Below, piece by piece: positions 11,272 through 26,116 of a stretch of 64,000 nucleotides of DNA (its first letter is position 1; each line of letters opens with the position of its first letter). The notes below the pieces were generated by a model, which was given only the letters and a program-made list of their open reading frames with translations, was not told the origin of the DNA and did no database searches. This stretch comes from Blastocladiella emersonii ATCC 22665. Its lineage: Eukaryota > Fungi > Blastocladiomycota. Made by a program: the position numbers and the translations under genes. The DNA lies in NCBI GenBank assembly GCA_025594325.1, contig JANHCV010000006.1, positions 744,001 through 808,000 on the forward strand. The letters run 5' to 3'.

Positions 11272-13930
11272 TCAATGGAGCTGACCGTACGTGATCAAGT
11301 AGCAGTCCGACCTGAGAATGGCTGGTGCAAGGCGCTTGACCTCCGCGACGCCTGCGCGGTCAGACGCGCGCTTGTCCGTCAACACCAACTGGGCCACCCA
11401 CCTCGGATCAAGGGCGGCCAAGTCGAAGGCAGCGGCAGGGAAGAGCTCCAGGATCGCAAGCGGAATCCGACCACGAGTGTCAGTCAGTAGTTGAGCAACA
11501 CCAGCGGCATCAACCGCAATAAAACTGCGCCAGAGCTCGAGGTCAGGGAACGGAACGTGCTTGTCGCAGCAAGAGGAAGCAACCCGCGTCCGCAGGCGGA
11601 GTTCAATCCCGTAGTATCCCGTCTCGCTGCTATAGCGACTTGTGAGGGAGTCGAGTAGATTTGATCGAAGCGTTGCAGGGATTGACGAAAGTGGCGCGCA
11701 AAGTCGGGCAAGTTTAGTAACGGCCGTGAACCACGCCTGTTGGGTTGAGAGAATGCAAGCACCACAGGTTCTGAAGGTCTCGCTCGACTGGAGAGCGTAG
11801 CGCTTGACAAGTCCGGCAAGTTGGACGCTGACCAAGACATCAAGGATAGCGGGCGCCGACTTGGAGACTGTCATGACTCGGAGGGCGTTGGCCTGCAGTG
11901 CGGGGTTCGCAAGAACGGCAACCGGGACCCACTCCAGTCCGGCAAGCGCCGAGCGGAAGTCGTGCGGCATGGTTATGCAAGTTCAGTTGAACAGAAGGAA
12001 AAGCGCCCACAAATCAATGGCTTCATGGTAAGGGAAGTGGCTCGCCATGGATCGCAGCGGCCCACGCAGGTCGAGTCGACCTCGCAAGAAACGGTGGAAG
12101 AGGTTGACCGCATTGGGCAGCACATCGTTGACATTGTCAAACGGGGTGAGTCCCAGGCTTGACTCGGTAGGGTGCATAAAGAGCCGCCGCATAGATTGAA
12201 TCAGCGCGGGAACCAGCACCGGAAAGTGCGTGTCCGTAAACCGGATGGTATAGAGAAGAAGGTTTGGCGATTCGACGCACGTAATGGCAGCTAGTGCGAA
12301 GGGATCGCCATGCGCGCAGTATTAGCAGATGCGTGGTGAGAATGTGGTAAGTTTGTCGCGTACCATGTTTGAGAATCTGACACTGCTGGTACGAGCCGAA
12401 TTTGCGACGGAGCTCATTTGCAAAAGTGTGAGCCGCGGTAGCATAAGACAAGTAAGGAAGAAAGCGAGCCCAAGCGCCTTCGCGCCGGCCAAGGATGCGC
12501 AGGGCATTGGCAATTTGGGCACTGTCCGAGGATGCAATACAGTCGAGAGCAAACGTGGCACGGAACGCGTCTGGGATTCGCGCCACGACAGCCGGTCGGT
12601 GCTGAGCAATGGCCCAGAAAATCAGTTCGCTGCTTGAAGACGGGCAGCCAGGATTGGTCTGGGGCTCGTTGGAATTTGCAGTTGTCCACCCGTTGTCCAA
12701 AAGCCAGCGCATTGAGTCAAAGACCCGACGGAGTGTCGAGTGGTCGGACGGGAGGGCATGGAACATTGCGCTTGCCACGGCAGGCTCCGAGGCGAGGGCC
12801 GCGAGCCGACGAGGGCCATTTTCAGGGTGAATGGTTGAGAGAACTCGAAATAGGTTGCTTTTCCAGCGCGAGAGTCCGATGTAGCATAAAGCAAGTCGAA
12901 AGGGGATGACCGGGCCGGGTTCCTCGATAACAAGAAGGAAAACAGTTGGCTCGACACAGCAAACTTGCCACTTGGTTACTGGGAGCAATAAATCCAGAAC
13001 GCTGGGAGCTCGTGACTGCACAACTGTGAGAATCCGCTGCAGAATCAGATAGTTGCCACGAGACGCAAGATGAAGGAGAACTTGGACGAGAGAAAACAGG
13101 GGAGCTGCTAGGAACGTGCTTAGACCATCGAGAAGCCGCGAAGTCTCCATCGGGAGAGCTGGGGCAGCCGGAAGCCACTCGCGGTGCTGGAGCACGAGTC
13201 CCGGGCCGGATCGAATTTCTTCGTCGGAAAGAATGGTGGCCTCGACGCAGCAGTCCTGCCAGTCCTTGACGGGCATGTCCTAATCAAGCAGTGCCGGAGC
13301 TTGCAACTGCACCATCTCGATCATTTGGCGTAACGTTGCGGAGTCGCCGCGGCAGGCTGCGTGGAAGAGGAGCTCGGCGAGTGACAGTGGCGGCGAGCGA
13401 AGATACAAGCGGGCTGCATCGACGGGCAGTGGATGCCGTTCCCGAATAAAACAGGATGTTGCGCGTGCTTGGTCCCGCATATTGCGCAGGTCTGCAAGTA
13501 AGTTGTCAGAGACCCGGGAGCCGTGTGATCGGATAGCGGGTAACGCGCGGCCGAGGAAGGCCTTGGTCAGCGCGACAAGAAAGGCATTGGACAGTTCTTC
13601 GCCTGGTGACAAAGAAATGCTAAACCTGTACTCCAAGTAGGGTCCCATGAGGATGGCGCGAAAGTTGCTCAAAAGCGGATCAGCACGAGCGAGCTGAAGG
13701 GACTTGATCCAACGGCGCCCGCATGGACTATCAAGTAAGCGAATCAATTGCGCGTTGATGATCGCCGGGAGGTGAGCCCACAAGACGTGACGGTCATCGA
13801 GAAAAGCGCTCAGCTCGCGCGAGGATGTGAACACGAGCGGCCGTCGCTGGGCCGACTGTAAAACCGTGGTCCATAACTCGCAAGGCAACAATGTATACAT
13901 GTTTTGAGGGTTTTGCATCAGGTGATCCAT
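11272..13930 (-). pseudogene. Paralog B of the F-box-like gene, with internal module duplication and two in-frame stops
   Basis: Colinear with paralog A (LPCELWT, RG[DN]..L, PVxxWxxCCVE, AGLEW[IV]PVAVL, IELRLRTR[IV]ASSC). Same phase-1 intron (12291-12363). In-frame TAG 13280-13282 and TGA 11983-11985; no frameshift seen. Confidence 0.8.
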
Positions 13931-14288
13931 GATGGTTATCGATTCATGTCGAGCCGGTGGAGGACGAGGGAGAGCGGATCGCACGCGGGCTGCCTTCTCC
14001 GCCGACTTGGCACCTCCCTCCGCACTCACCCGCTGTCTCACGGCCTGTCTCACGGCTGCTCTATCCTCGTGTATTGGATCTGATCCTGCTTGGGCAGGGA
14101 AAGCAGGAGACGAAGGCAGGAGACAAAAACCAGCGTTCCGCACGCTCGGGGTGGCTCGGGACGCGCCGTCAAGCGCCACGTGATGGTGCATCGCGACATC
14201 GCGACGCGACGAGCCCGCCAAGGTTGCGCTCCCCACCCTCGACGCATCTGCAACGTATCGACACCACGACTTGCCGCATCTTGCTGTT

Positions 14289-15957
14289 ATGGTCTTCTCG
14301 TTCATGGAGCGCGAGCTCCCGTCGCTCATCGGCGTCGCGGTAGCGGTCGTGGGGAACCTCGCCATCTCGGCCGCCCTCAACATCCAAAAGTATGCCCACA
14401 TGGAGGCCTCGGCCATCGAAACGTCCGCGGCAACAGCTGCGTCGTTACATGCGCCTGTCGGTCTCCCGCACCACGCCGAGCACCCGTCAGCCGAACCGAT
14501 CGGATCTCAACCAGTCGCGAGCAGCGAGTCGAACCACTTTACGCAGAAGCCGATATGGTGGCTAGGCGTCATCCTTATGCTCATCGGTAAGCCTGGTAGC
14601 AGGTGCTGTTGACTCGAAGCTGACCGCTGCGCGCCAACGTCTAGGCGAGACGGGTAACTTTATGGCGTACGGCTTCGCGCCAGCATCAGGTCCGCTGGTT
14701 TACATGCCGCCCGTTGAATCGGCAACCTGACGCGACCCTGTGTATATAGTCATTGCTCCACTCGGCACCGTCGCCCTCGTGTCCAACGCCATCATCGCGC
14801 CAACGTGTCTGGGCGAGACCTTCCGCCGCCGAGACGCGGTCGGTGTGATCGCCGCTATCATCGGCACCGTGGTGATTGTCGCGAACGGAAAGTCGTCCGA
14901 GGCGCTGCTCGACACGGCCTCGCTCCTCGCCGCTGTTCTCTCGCTCCGCTTCGCCATTTACATGGCCGTGTGTATCGGGCTCTTCATGTTCCTGCGCGTC
15001 GTGTACGACTCGTACCACACCAAGACCGTCTTCATCGACCTCTCCCTCGTCGCCCTGTTCGGTGGGTGGACCGTGCTCTCGACCAAGGCCATCTCGACGC
15101 TGCTCGGCGGCAACTGGCTCAGGATCTTCACGTTCCCCATCTTCTACCCGCTGCTCGTCATCATGATCGGGACGGGCATCCTCCAGATCCGGTACGCTGC
15201 TCACTCGCGTGCACTCCATACGCCGTCACTCACGTGTTCCGCCTCTTGTAGCTTTCTCAACGTCGCGCTGAGCTTGTTTGACTCCACGGTCGTCATCCCG
15301 ACGCAGTTTGTGCTCTTCACCATCTCCGCCATCACTGGCTCGTCGATCCTCTACAACGACTTTGACGAGCAGTCGGCGGGATCCATTGCGTGGTTCTTGT
15401 TCGGCTGCGCCCTGACGTTTGCCGCCGTGTACGTGATCGGCTCCGAGCGCCCGTCGACCCACGACCGCACCGTGCTTCCAACAGCCGTCACGCCGTCGCC
15501 CTGCCCGAACCGACCCAACTCGGTCCTCTCGAGCGTCAGCTACGGCCTCAACCACGACGAGCACGACCGGCTGCTCCCACCCGCTGCCGTCGAGCACACC
15601 GGGTCCGATGCGAACCCATGGCGGGGCTCGCTGCCATCGTCCCCACTGCTCGGGCACGGCTCGCCGGGTGTCGGGCGCATCTCGTACAAGTCGCCTGGGC
15701 GCAGCCGGTCGCGGCTCGGCGACGACTCGGCGCCGCACTACCGCGGCCCCAGCGGCGGTCGGCAGTACCTGCCGACGGTGGCGACGCGCGTCCCGCTCGC
15801 GGCCTACTCGGCCGGCCTCTACAACAGCTGGTCGTCGCGGAACCAGCTCGCCACGTCGTACGACCCGAGCAACGACTCGACGCACGCGCTCTCGCAGCCC
15901 GAGATCGAATCGTTACCGAGCACCGAGCGGGTCGACGCGTCGTCGTCGCGCGGGTGA
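14289..15957 (+). CDS. NIPA-family (DUF803) magnesium transporter
   Basis: [52 protein letters not shown] motifs; introns 14587-14644, 14690-14749, 15192-15251. Confidence 0.93.
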
Positions 15958-16058
15958 GATCCGCAAGAGTTTTGCGCGCACTTTGGCTCGATCGGCAAAT
16001 GTATACCCACACTTGAATGAATGAAATAACGGCAAATCTATCAGCAGCAAGACTGGGC

Positions 16059-19000
16059 TCAATCGTCGCCATCCTCGTCGTCTCCCGCCTCGTCGTCCTC
16101 GCCATCGTCCTCGTTGCTCGAGGCGAGCTGGGCGCGGCGGCGAGCCTGCACCGCCTTGTTGCGCAGGTCGAGCGACACGATCAGCCACGCGTACACGGTC
16201 TGCGCCGGGAGACTGCCGCGCTTCTTGACATCGCCGTGCGGAATCGCTACACAGCAGACGGGTCGGGTCAGCGCCGGTTCAGGACAAGGCAGGGAGCGAG
16301 GTCGCGCCTACTGTTGAGGACGCGGCGGATGCGGACAAATTTGCCCTTCTTCTGCACGGCCGTCGGGTCGTAGGCAACCATCTGGCGCAGGAGGTCCATG
16401 TTGATGAACTACAGGGACGAGAACAAGCGTGAGCTGGGCGCGCCGCCGCCTCCGCGAGCGACGGAATCGCGTACCTTGAGCGTGTCGCTCCACTTCTTGA
16501 CCTGCTTGGGCGTCTTGCCGAACAGGTAGCACAGGCACTTGAGGACCTTGTGGATGGTGAGGGGCGGCTGCTTGTACGACTTGAGCTCGGCGATGGCCGA
16601 CGAGTCGAGCTTGCTGATCGAGTCGCGGATCGTGTCGAGCATGAACTTAGCGAAGATGAGCTCGCCCTCGTCGTCGAGCTGCTCGGCCTCGAGCTCGGCC
16701 TTTCGCGGCTTCTGCTTACGCACGTTGCCGAGCGCGTTCCCGAGCACCTCAGCCACCTTGTTGACCTCCTCCATGTCCTCCTCCTGCATCGCGCCGCCGG
16801 CCTGCGCGAGCGACGTGACGACCATGACGGCGACCACGAGCCCGTTGTCCTGGACGGGGACCGCGGTCGCCTGGCCGCGGATCGACGTGGACCGCGACTC
16901 GGCCGCGCTGAAGATGAAGTCGGTATCGGACGTGCGCTCGACGCGCATCAGCTGGTGGCGCAGCGGGCGCATGAACCGGCACGGGTGCTGGTTCATGCGC
17001 TCGAGCTGCTCCTCGCTCAGCGTCTTCTCGACCGAGTTGGCCTCCTCGTTGGCGAAGTACATCTCGGCGCCCTCGACGACGTAAAACCGCGTGCTGGCCG
17101 AAGCCTGCTCGCGGATGAACGACGCCGAACTCTCGGCGATCGTCACCGTCTTGTTGATGCGCTCGAGCACCGCCACAGCCTTGGCGAGCGACTCGGCCAT
17201 GCGGCGCAGAATGTCAATGTCGCGGTCGGTGAACATGTCGACGTCGCGCGTCGTCGCCAGCGACTTGGTCAGCGCCATGGACTGCAGCGCGTCGACGTGG
17301 ATGCACCCGAGCACCTCGCCGACCGCCGTCTTGACGGGGACCACGACCGCGTGTCCGACGTGGAACTCGTTGACCATGGGCATCGCTGTCGTTGTCGTGG
17401 CCGCCGGTCCGTCGCTCCCGTCGGACCCGTCGCCGCCCGCGCTGTTGCCCGACGCGTTGAGCCCGTGGTGCGGGTCGCGCTGCGCCTTAAGGTCCTGCTC
17501 GGCGCGCGCGCGGGCTGCCTCGGACAGCTCGTCGAGTGCGCCGTCGACGGCCTCGAGGGCGACGCACGACACCTCCTCGCCGGCCTGCGCGACGGCGCCG
17601 AACACGTCGCCCTGGAGCGTGTCGCCGACGAGGATCGCGTCCGACGATGCCATGACGGTGAAAGCGCGGTCGAAGAGGGCGACGTTGAGGCGAAAGTGCC
17701 CGTGGGTCATCTTGAGCAGCTCCATGGCGGGGCGCACGAGCTTGCTGCACAGGACCTGGTAGTCGAAGAAGACGGTGGTCGCGACCTTCTCGATATCGGC
17801 GAGCAGCTTCGCCTCGCTCTCCTTGGGCCCGCGGGTTGCGGACGCTTCGGGCGCCGATGACGCGGTGCGCGCGCGGTGCTGGTCGCTGAGTGTACGCAGG
17901 ACGAGCCCGAAGTCGGCGTCGTTGAGGTGCGAGATCTTGCGGAACACGTAGTCGACAAAGTAGTCGCCGCGCACGACGTGCGTCGCGAGGTTGAGGACGG
18001 GGATCGCGAACTTGAGCTGGACCACCGTGTTGGCGAGATCCGCGCGGTCGATGGCGCGCGCCGACGCCGTGAACAGCGAGTTGAGCTCGCGCGCCAGGAT
18101 CGCGCCCGTCGCCTCCGGGTCGAGCTGGTCGAACAGGCCCTTGATCTTCTGCTTGCGCACCAGGCTCATGTCGATGACCTCCTCCTCCTCCTTTTCGGCG
18201 TCCTCGGTCCCGGCCGGTGCCGCGGCGATGAGGTCCTTGGCGTCGTTGTTGGCCGACTTCTGCAGCATCGTCACGAGGTCGCCGATGCTCATGACGGTGC
18301 GACCCGCGACCTTCTTGAGCATGGCGCCGAGCGACTCGTCCGACGCCTTGGTCAAGTTCATGCCGCGCATCTCCTTGAACAGCTCGTCGTCGCCGCCCTC
18401 GCCACCGGCACCGCCGAACAGACCCGCGAACCCGCTTGCCGCCGCGGCGGCGGGGTCGGCCGGAAATAGCTGGTCGAACGACGTGAGCCCCTTGGCGCGC
18501 AGGACCTGGATGAGGTCCGCGACCTGCCGGTCCTCCTCGGCGCGCGCCTCGCCGTCCATCCACAGCGTGATCTCGGTTAGGAACGCCTCGAAGTCGGCGG
18601 GCGTCCACTTGGACAGGAGGTCCGAGACGCGCTCGATCAGGGCGGCGGGGTCCTGGTCTGCTGCACCGTCGCCTCCGGCGGCAGGTGCCGCCGACTCCTC
18701 GCGCTGGCTCAGGTCCATGAGCGACTGGCTGAGCTCGGCCATGGACGCGGTGAGTGACGCGTTGATGCTGACGGCGGGCGACTGGCCGACCTTTTGGAGG
18801 ACCGAGAGCTACAGGAGCGGCTCATTGTCAGCGATACGTTGCGAGATTCAGCGGCCCGGTCGCGCGTACCAGGTACTTGAGGTTGATGGGCTCGTCCTTG
18901 CGGCCGAGCGCCATGAGCCGCCGGAACACGGCCGACGTGAGCTCCTTGGTCGTCTTCTTCTTCTCCTCGTTGGCGAGTTGCTATTCGACAAGCAAATGTC

Positions 19001-19828
19001 AGTCTCCTTCAACGCAACCCCGAAACGAGAGCGTACCTTGATCAACCTGCGGTGCTCCCGATCGCGGTCACGCGCAGCGCGCTCGGCCTTGAGCTGCCCG
19101 ATGCGCAGCTCCTGCAGCTTGGCGAAGCGGTTGCTCAGGGAGCCCGAGATGTTCTGCAGGTTGCGCGCGTACGCCGACGACTGGCCGAGCGCCGAGTACT
19201 TTGGGTTGTGGCGGAACATGAACTGCGCGAGCCACACGAGCGGGTCGAAGGGGACCGGGAGATGGTCTTGCTGCACGACGCGCGACGTGCCCGCGCGGCT
19301 CGGCGGCGGCCGCGACGCGGACGCGGGTGGTGGTGGCGCGTCGCCGGGCGTGCCGGGTGGACCCGTGGCCGCGGCAGCTGCTGAAGCGGGGTCAGCGGGC
19401 GGCTCGAGGATGCGTTTCCGCTCGACCTCCTTGAGCAGCCGCTCGAGTCCGAGGACGACGGTCGGGAGCGTGGATCCGACGAGGTACGCGCGCGCCTCAA
19501 GCGACGCGCCCGGGTCCTGCGAGAACTGGAGGAACTCGTTGACGAGCGCGTCGACCGACACGGCGCGCGCCTGCTGGTCCGTCAGCGTGGCGACGCTGGG
19601 CTCGCGCATCGTGAGCGAGTGGGTCCGCGACATGGACGCCGCGGCGACAGCGTGGACGTCGCGGTCCATGAGCGCGCCAGGGCTCGCGCTCTTGGCGCGC
19701 AGCTGGAACCGGTCTTTGGACGGGCTCGACTTGAGCGGGGCCGCGTCGCCGAGCGCGCTGCGGAGGGCCGTTCGGGCCGGCGACGGGCTTCCCGGCGGCC
19801 TTGCGGGTGGTGCATCATCCGATATCAT
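16059..19828 (-). CDS. EFCAB5: EF-hand calcium-binding domain-containing protein 5-like (EF-hand-like plus GAF-like regions; flagellum-associated family)
   Basis: N-terminal LPTVVLGLERLLKEVE...FDPLVWLAQFMFRHNP; GAF-like VVVPVKTAVGEVLGCIHVD; C-terminal AIAELKSYKQPPLTIHKVL...W. Four GT-AG introns restore a single frame. Confidence 0.8.
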
Positions 19829-20051
19829 GGCGAGGGTTCCGTTAGGTGCATGGTTTTGTGCGGGCAAGCAGGCTTCAGCGCGGACGACCGAACGCGTCAG
19901 TGTGGCGCGTCGCGTGGTCACGTTTCGGGAGACAGTCTCCGGTTGAAGCCGACATTGACGACAGCGTGATACGTTGCCATGCTCAAGAAACCACATGCAG
20001 ATCCCTCGACAAGAGATCGACTAGACGCAAGCTGATCAGAAGTGCTAATGG

Positions 20052-22500
20052 ATGGAGAACCGGGTCCTTGTATTATACAAACCGCAACTATCGAGCGAAC
20101 GAGCGACTCGCTGACCTCGATCGGTCGTCTAGGTGGCGATCAGGGTGCGCCCGATGGGCACCGTGCAGGAACGCTACGTCGCGACCGTCCACGACGAACG
20201 TGTACGCGACAACACGAACGGCTGCCTCGGAACCACCCTCACGCACGCGATCTCGTCACTTGTTTAGACTCTCAAGCTCTACAACCCGTTCGACGAAGAT
20301 GACGTGCTGCGCCAGAACCGGGCGCGGGAGAAGCTGTTCGCGTTCGACCGCGTCTTCGACGACGGCGTGACGCAGCAGGGCGTGTTCGAGCAGACCGCCG
20401 CGCTGCTGATCGAGGATGTGGTTAACGGGACCAACGCGACCGTGTTCGCGTACGGCGCAACGGGCTCGGGCAAGACGTACACGATGCACGGCACCGAGGC
20501 GTGCCCGGGGATCGTGCCGCAGACGCTGTCCGCGCTGTTCCAGCGGCTCGCGGCGTCACCGGAGCGGCTGACGGTCGCCATGAGCTACATCGAGATCTAC
20601 AACGAAAACGTGCGCGACCTGCTCAGCGCGACGCGCACCGAGTACCTCGAGGTCCGCGACGACCCCATCAAGGGCACCGTGATCGCGGGTATGCGGCAGA
20701 TCGAGTCGGACTCGGTCGACGTGCTCCTCGGCCAGCTCAAGGCCGGCAACCGGCACCGGATCACCGAGTCGACGGCGGCCAACTCGGTCTCGTCGCGGTC
20801 ACACGCCGTGGTCCAGGTACGCATGCGTCGCGTTGGCGACGCGGCTCAGACACTGACTTTGTTGCATGTAGCTCGCCCTGACCAAGACCCACGCCGAGTC
20901 CAAGAAGCGCACGCTGATCAGCAAGCTCTCGCTCATCGGTACGCTCGATTTTACTTTCTCGCAACTCAAGACCTCACCACGACCTCGCGTAGACCTTGCC
21001 GGGTCCGAGCGCGCCGCCGCGACGCAAAATGCGGGCCTGCGGATGCTCGAGGGCAGCATGATCAACCGTTCCCTCCTCGCGCTGGGCAACTGCATCAACG
21101 CACTCTCCTCGCGCGTCGCGCCCGCGTACGTCAACTACCGCGACTCGAAGCTGACGCGGATCCTCAAGGACTCGCTGGGCGGCGGGCTGACGGCGTGCCG
21201 GACCGTGATGATCGCCAACATCAGCCCGGGCTCGACGTCGTTCGACGAGACGTGGAACACGATCAAGTACGCGGCGCGCGCCAAGACGATCAAGGTCAAG
21301 ATCGACGTGCGCGTGACGAGCGACCCGGACGGCGCCGCTGCGGAGGTGCGCACGCTCGGGTCGCGCGGCAGCGGGAGCCACCGGTCCAACCGGTCCGCGT
21401 CCGGGTCGCTGTCCAAAGTCGCGGTCCCGGCGGCGGCGAGCACGGCCAAGCGGAAAGGCCTGTCGCAGCTCCTCGGCGGCCGCGCGTCCAAAGAGCCCGC
21501 GCCAGCTCCCAAGGAGCTGCGGCCGCCCAAGACCCCGAAGCCCGGCCCGCACCAGCACCCGCCGCTCATGCCGCTGCGCCGCACCGAGAGCGACCCGACG
21601 AGCAAGATCCCGCACCCGCACGGTATGCGCCCGCCCGCGACGCCGGGGCACGCCGCGAGCACGGGCGCCATGGCCACCTCGCGGCACTCGAGCGGCGGGA
21701 CCGTTCGCGGCGGATCAACTCTGCTCGGGCTCAGCAGCAACGGGGCCGTCGGCGGCGCGACGCGGCAGATGGCGCTCAAGAAGAAGCTGCACAAGCTTTT
21801 CCAGTCGCACCTCGACACGAAGCGGCGGCTGCTAGACCTCGACGAGCTCGCCGCCGAGCGCGCAGCGCTGCTGACCCAGCGACACGCCGAGCTCGCTGCT
21901 GCGCGGGCCGCGCCTGACGGAAACGACCCGACGGCGCTCGCTGCGCTCGAGGCCGAGATCCACGAGCTCGAGTCGCGCGACGCCGAGGCCGCGCTGACCC
22001 GCACGTCGCTGGCCGCGCAGCTCGCGGGAATCTCGGCTCGCGTGATCGCCGTCGAGGACGAGGTCCAGGGCAAGCTGTCGCTGGTCGACACCGAGTTCCT
22101 GCGTGCGCTGGTCGCGCACCACGCGCTGGCGCTCGACAACATGGACCTCGAGAGCACGGCGGTCGTCACGGCGGCCGTGGTCAAGCGCAAGGAGGACCAG
22201 GTGCGGTTGCTCGAGGCGCGCGTCGCGCGGTACCACCGGCTCGCTGAGATGCTGTACGCGGCGGTGCCGATCGACGCGATGCCGGCTGAGGCGAGCGCGA
22301 TGTACCTGCAGCTGCGCGAGGAGGCGGTGCGGAGCGACGCCGGCGCGCGGCTCGGGTCGGCGGTGAGGGTGCTGCCGGCCATCGAGCCGGCGCTACCGCT
22401 CCTCGCGCGTGCATCGCCAAGGGCGCGACGAGCCGCCCAGAGTCCCACGACGGCGCCGGTGCTGGACGCCGGCCCGCTGCCACCCATTCCACCCGAATAG
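20052..22500 (+). CDS. Kinesin-8 family motor (Kip3/KIF18/KIF19-like)
   Basis: MENRVL|VAIRVRP; P-loop [13 protein letters not shown]; [10 protein letters not shown]; LSLI|DLAGSER; [15 protein letters not shown]; [16 protein letters not shown]; C-terminal coiled coil. First intron 20070-20132 plus three further introns. Confidence 0.93.
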
Positions 22501-22558
22501 ACAGACACGAAAGATGTATCACACAAGAGAAGAGTCTGTATTACACAGGCACGGCCGC

Positions 22559-24628
<2,070 letters not shown>

Positions 24629-24800
24629 TCATTGCAGGGAGAGACGAAGGTGGCCGCGACCGCCCCGCGGCGACTCCGACCGCCCCGCATGGAGCGCGAG
24701 GGGAGCGGTGCGTGAGGCGCACACTTTCATGCCGATCCGTGGGCGATCGAGCGGGTCGGCGGTCGGGCAGCTTCAGATTCATCCGGCGCGCTGACGGAAG

Positions 24801-24831
24801 GCGCAACGCGTCGTGAGAGCGCGCAACGCGT
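24801..24831. promoter_or_regulatory. Two direct copies of GCGCAACGCGT, 20 bp apart, in the carB/XPA divergent promoter
   Basis: 24801-24811 and 24821-24831 read directly; ACGCGT core; ~130-160 bp upstream of the XPA ATG. Confidence 0.5.
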
Positions 24832-24959
24832 GATCGTGATGCCTCACGTGCCCCTGCGAGACACTCGCCGATTTCCGCGCCGGCCCGCTCGCTGACTCGA
24901 TCGCCCCGTTCTCCGCTCCCCGCTCCCCGCTCTTCCTCAGAGAATAAAGCACCACTAAC

Positions 24960-26047
24960 ATGTCATCAACACCCAATGCAAACACTGGCGGGCCGTCCGC
25001 AACGAGCGGCGCTGCGGGAGCCGCGCCGCGGCGGCAGCCGAACCTGCTCGCGTCGGTCCGCAGCTACCCGGCACCACCACCACCGCCCGAGGCTGGTGCG
25101 AGTAGCAGCAGCGGGACTCGGGCTGCTCGCCCTCAGCAGAATACCAACGCGCCGAGTGGACCGGGCATCGCGCCCGGCGGGAACGGACCAGCGGGCGCAG
25201 CGCCGAACCCGAAGAAGCGCTCGTGGGTCTCCAACTACTACGAGTACAACTTCACCGAGATGCAGGACTCGCGCGCCGGCTTCCTCGTCAATGAGGGCGG
25301 CGACGACGATGCTTCCGCTGCACGCCTCGCGGCCGAGGCGGAACGGGCCGCGAAACGGCAGCGCCGTGTTTACAATGATGCTCGTACGTCACCGCACTCA
25401 TCTCGTCCGCGCTGCGAACCGACGTTCGCTGATTTTGGATCGTGATAGCCGTCCCACTCGACCCCGACTTTGCGCCCAAGTGCGTCGAGTGCAGCTCGCT
25501 CGACCTCGACAAGCGCTACGTCGAGCACTTTGACGTCAACGTGTGCTGGGCGTGCAAGGAGAAACTGCCCGAGAAGTACGCGCTGCTCACCAAGACCGAG
25601 GCCCGCCAGGTGCGCCTCGCCCGTGCTCACCCCATCCTCCCACGGATCGCTAACTCGATCCTCGCGTAGGACTACCTGCTGACCGAGGAGGAGCTGACCG
25701 TGGTCGGCAACTTCAAGGCGTGGCGCAAGCCGAACCCGCGCAAGAACACGTACCACGACATGTACCTGTACCTGCGCGGCGAGATCGAAAAGTACGCCAT
25801 CGAGAAGTGGGGCAGCCTCGACGCCATGGACGCCGAGTACGCGCGCCGCGAGGACGACAAGGTCAAGCGCAAGGAGGCCAAGTTCAAGAAGAAGCTCGCC
25901 CAGCTGCGCAACGCGACCCGCACGTCGCTGTGGGCCGAGCAGGAGGAGGCCCACGTCCACGTCTTCAAGCCCGCCGAGGACAAGGAGGGGTTCGACGTGT
26001 GCGAGGGGTGTGGGATGCAGGTCGAGGTCAATATCATCGAGCTTTGA
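24960..26047 (+). CDS. XPA: Nucleotide excision repair damage-recognition protein XPA/Rad14
   Basis: CVEC...CWAC zinc finger; KYALLTKTEARQ|DYLLT; KPNPR..Y.DMYLY; IEKWGS; C-terminal HVHVF...CEGCG. Introns 25384-25448 and 25610-25669. Confidence 0.95.
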
Positions 26048-26116
26048 GCCTTTGACTGACGCTGAGCGAGATGAGAGAACAGACGAGTCGATCAGAGGAA
26101 CGCAAAAAAAGATGAT

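Noticed and set aside
15192-15251. Stopless 3n introns (NIPA, FKBP gene) as regulated intron retention
   Set aside because: Expected by chance in short GC-rich introns, and retention would disrupt conserved domains.
17991-19946. Many long alternative ORFs (e.g. 17991-19946 +, 34441-36714 +, 52235-54331 +, 21135-22811 -, 57478-59100 +)
   Set aside because: Antisense or off-frame shadows of real GC-rich genes. Stops are rare at this GC content and the products are Arg/Ala/Pro-rich with no motifs.
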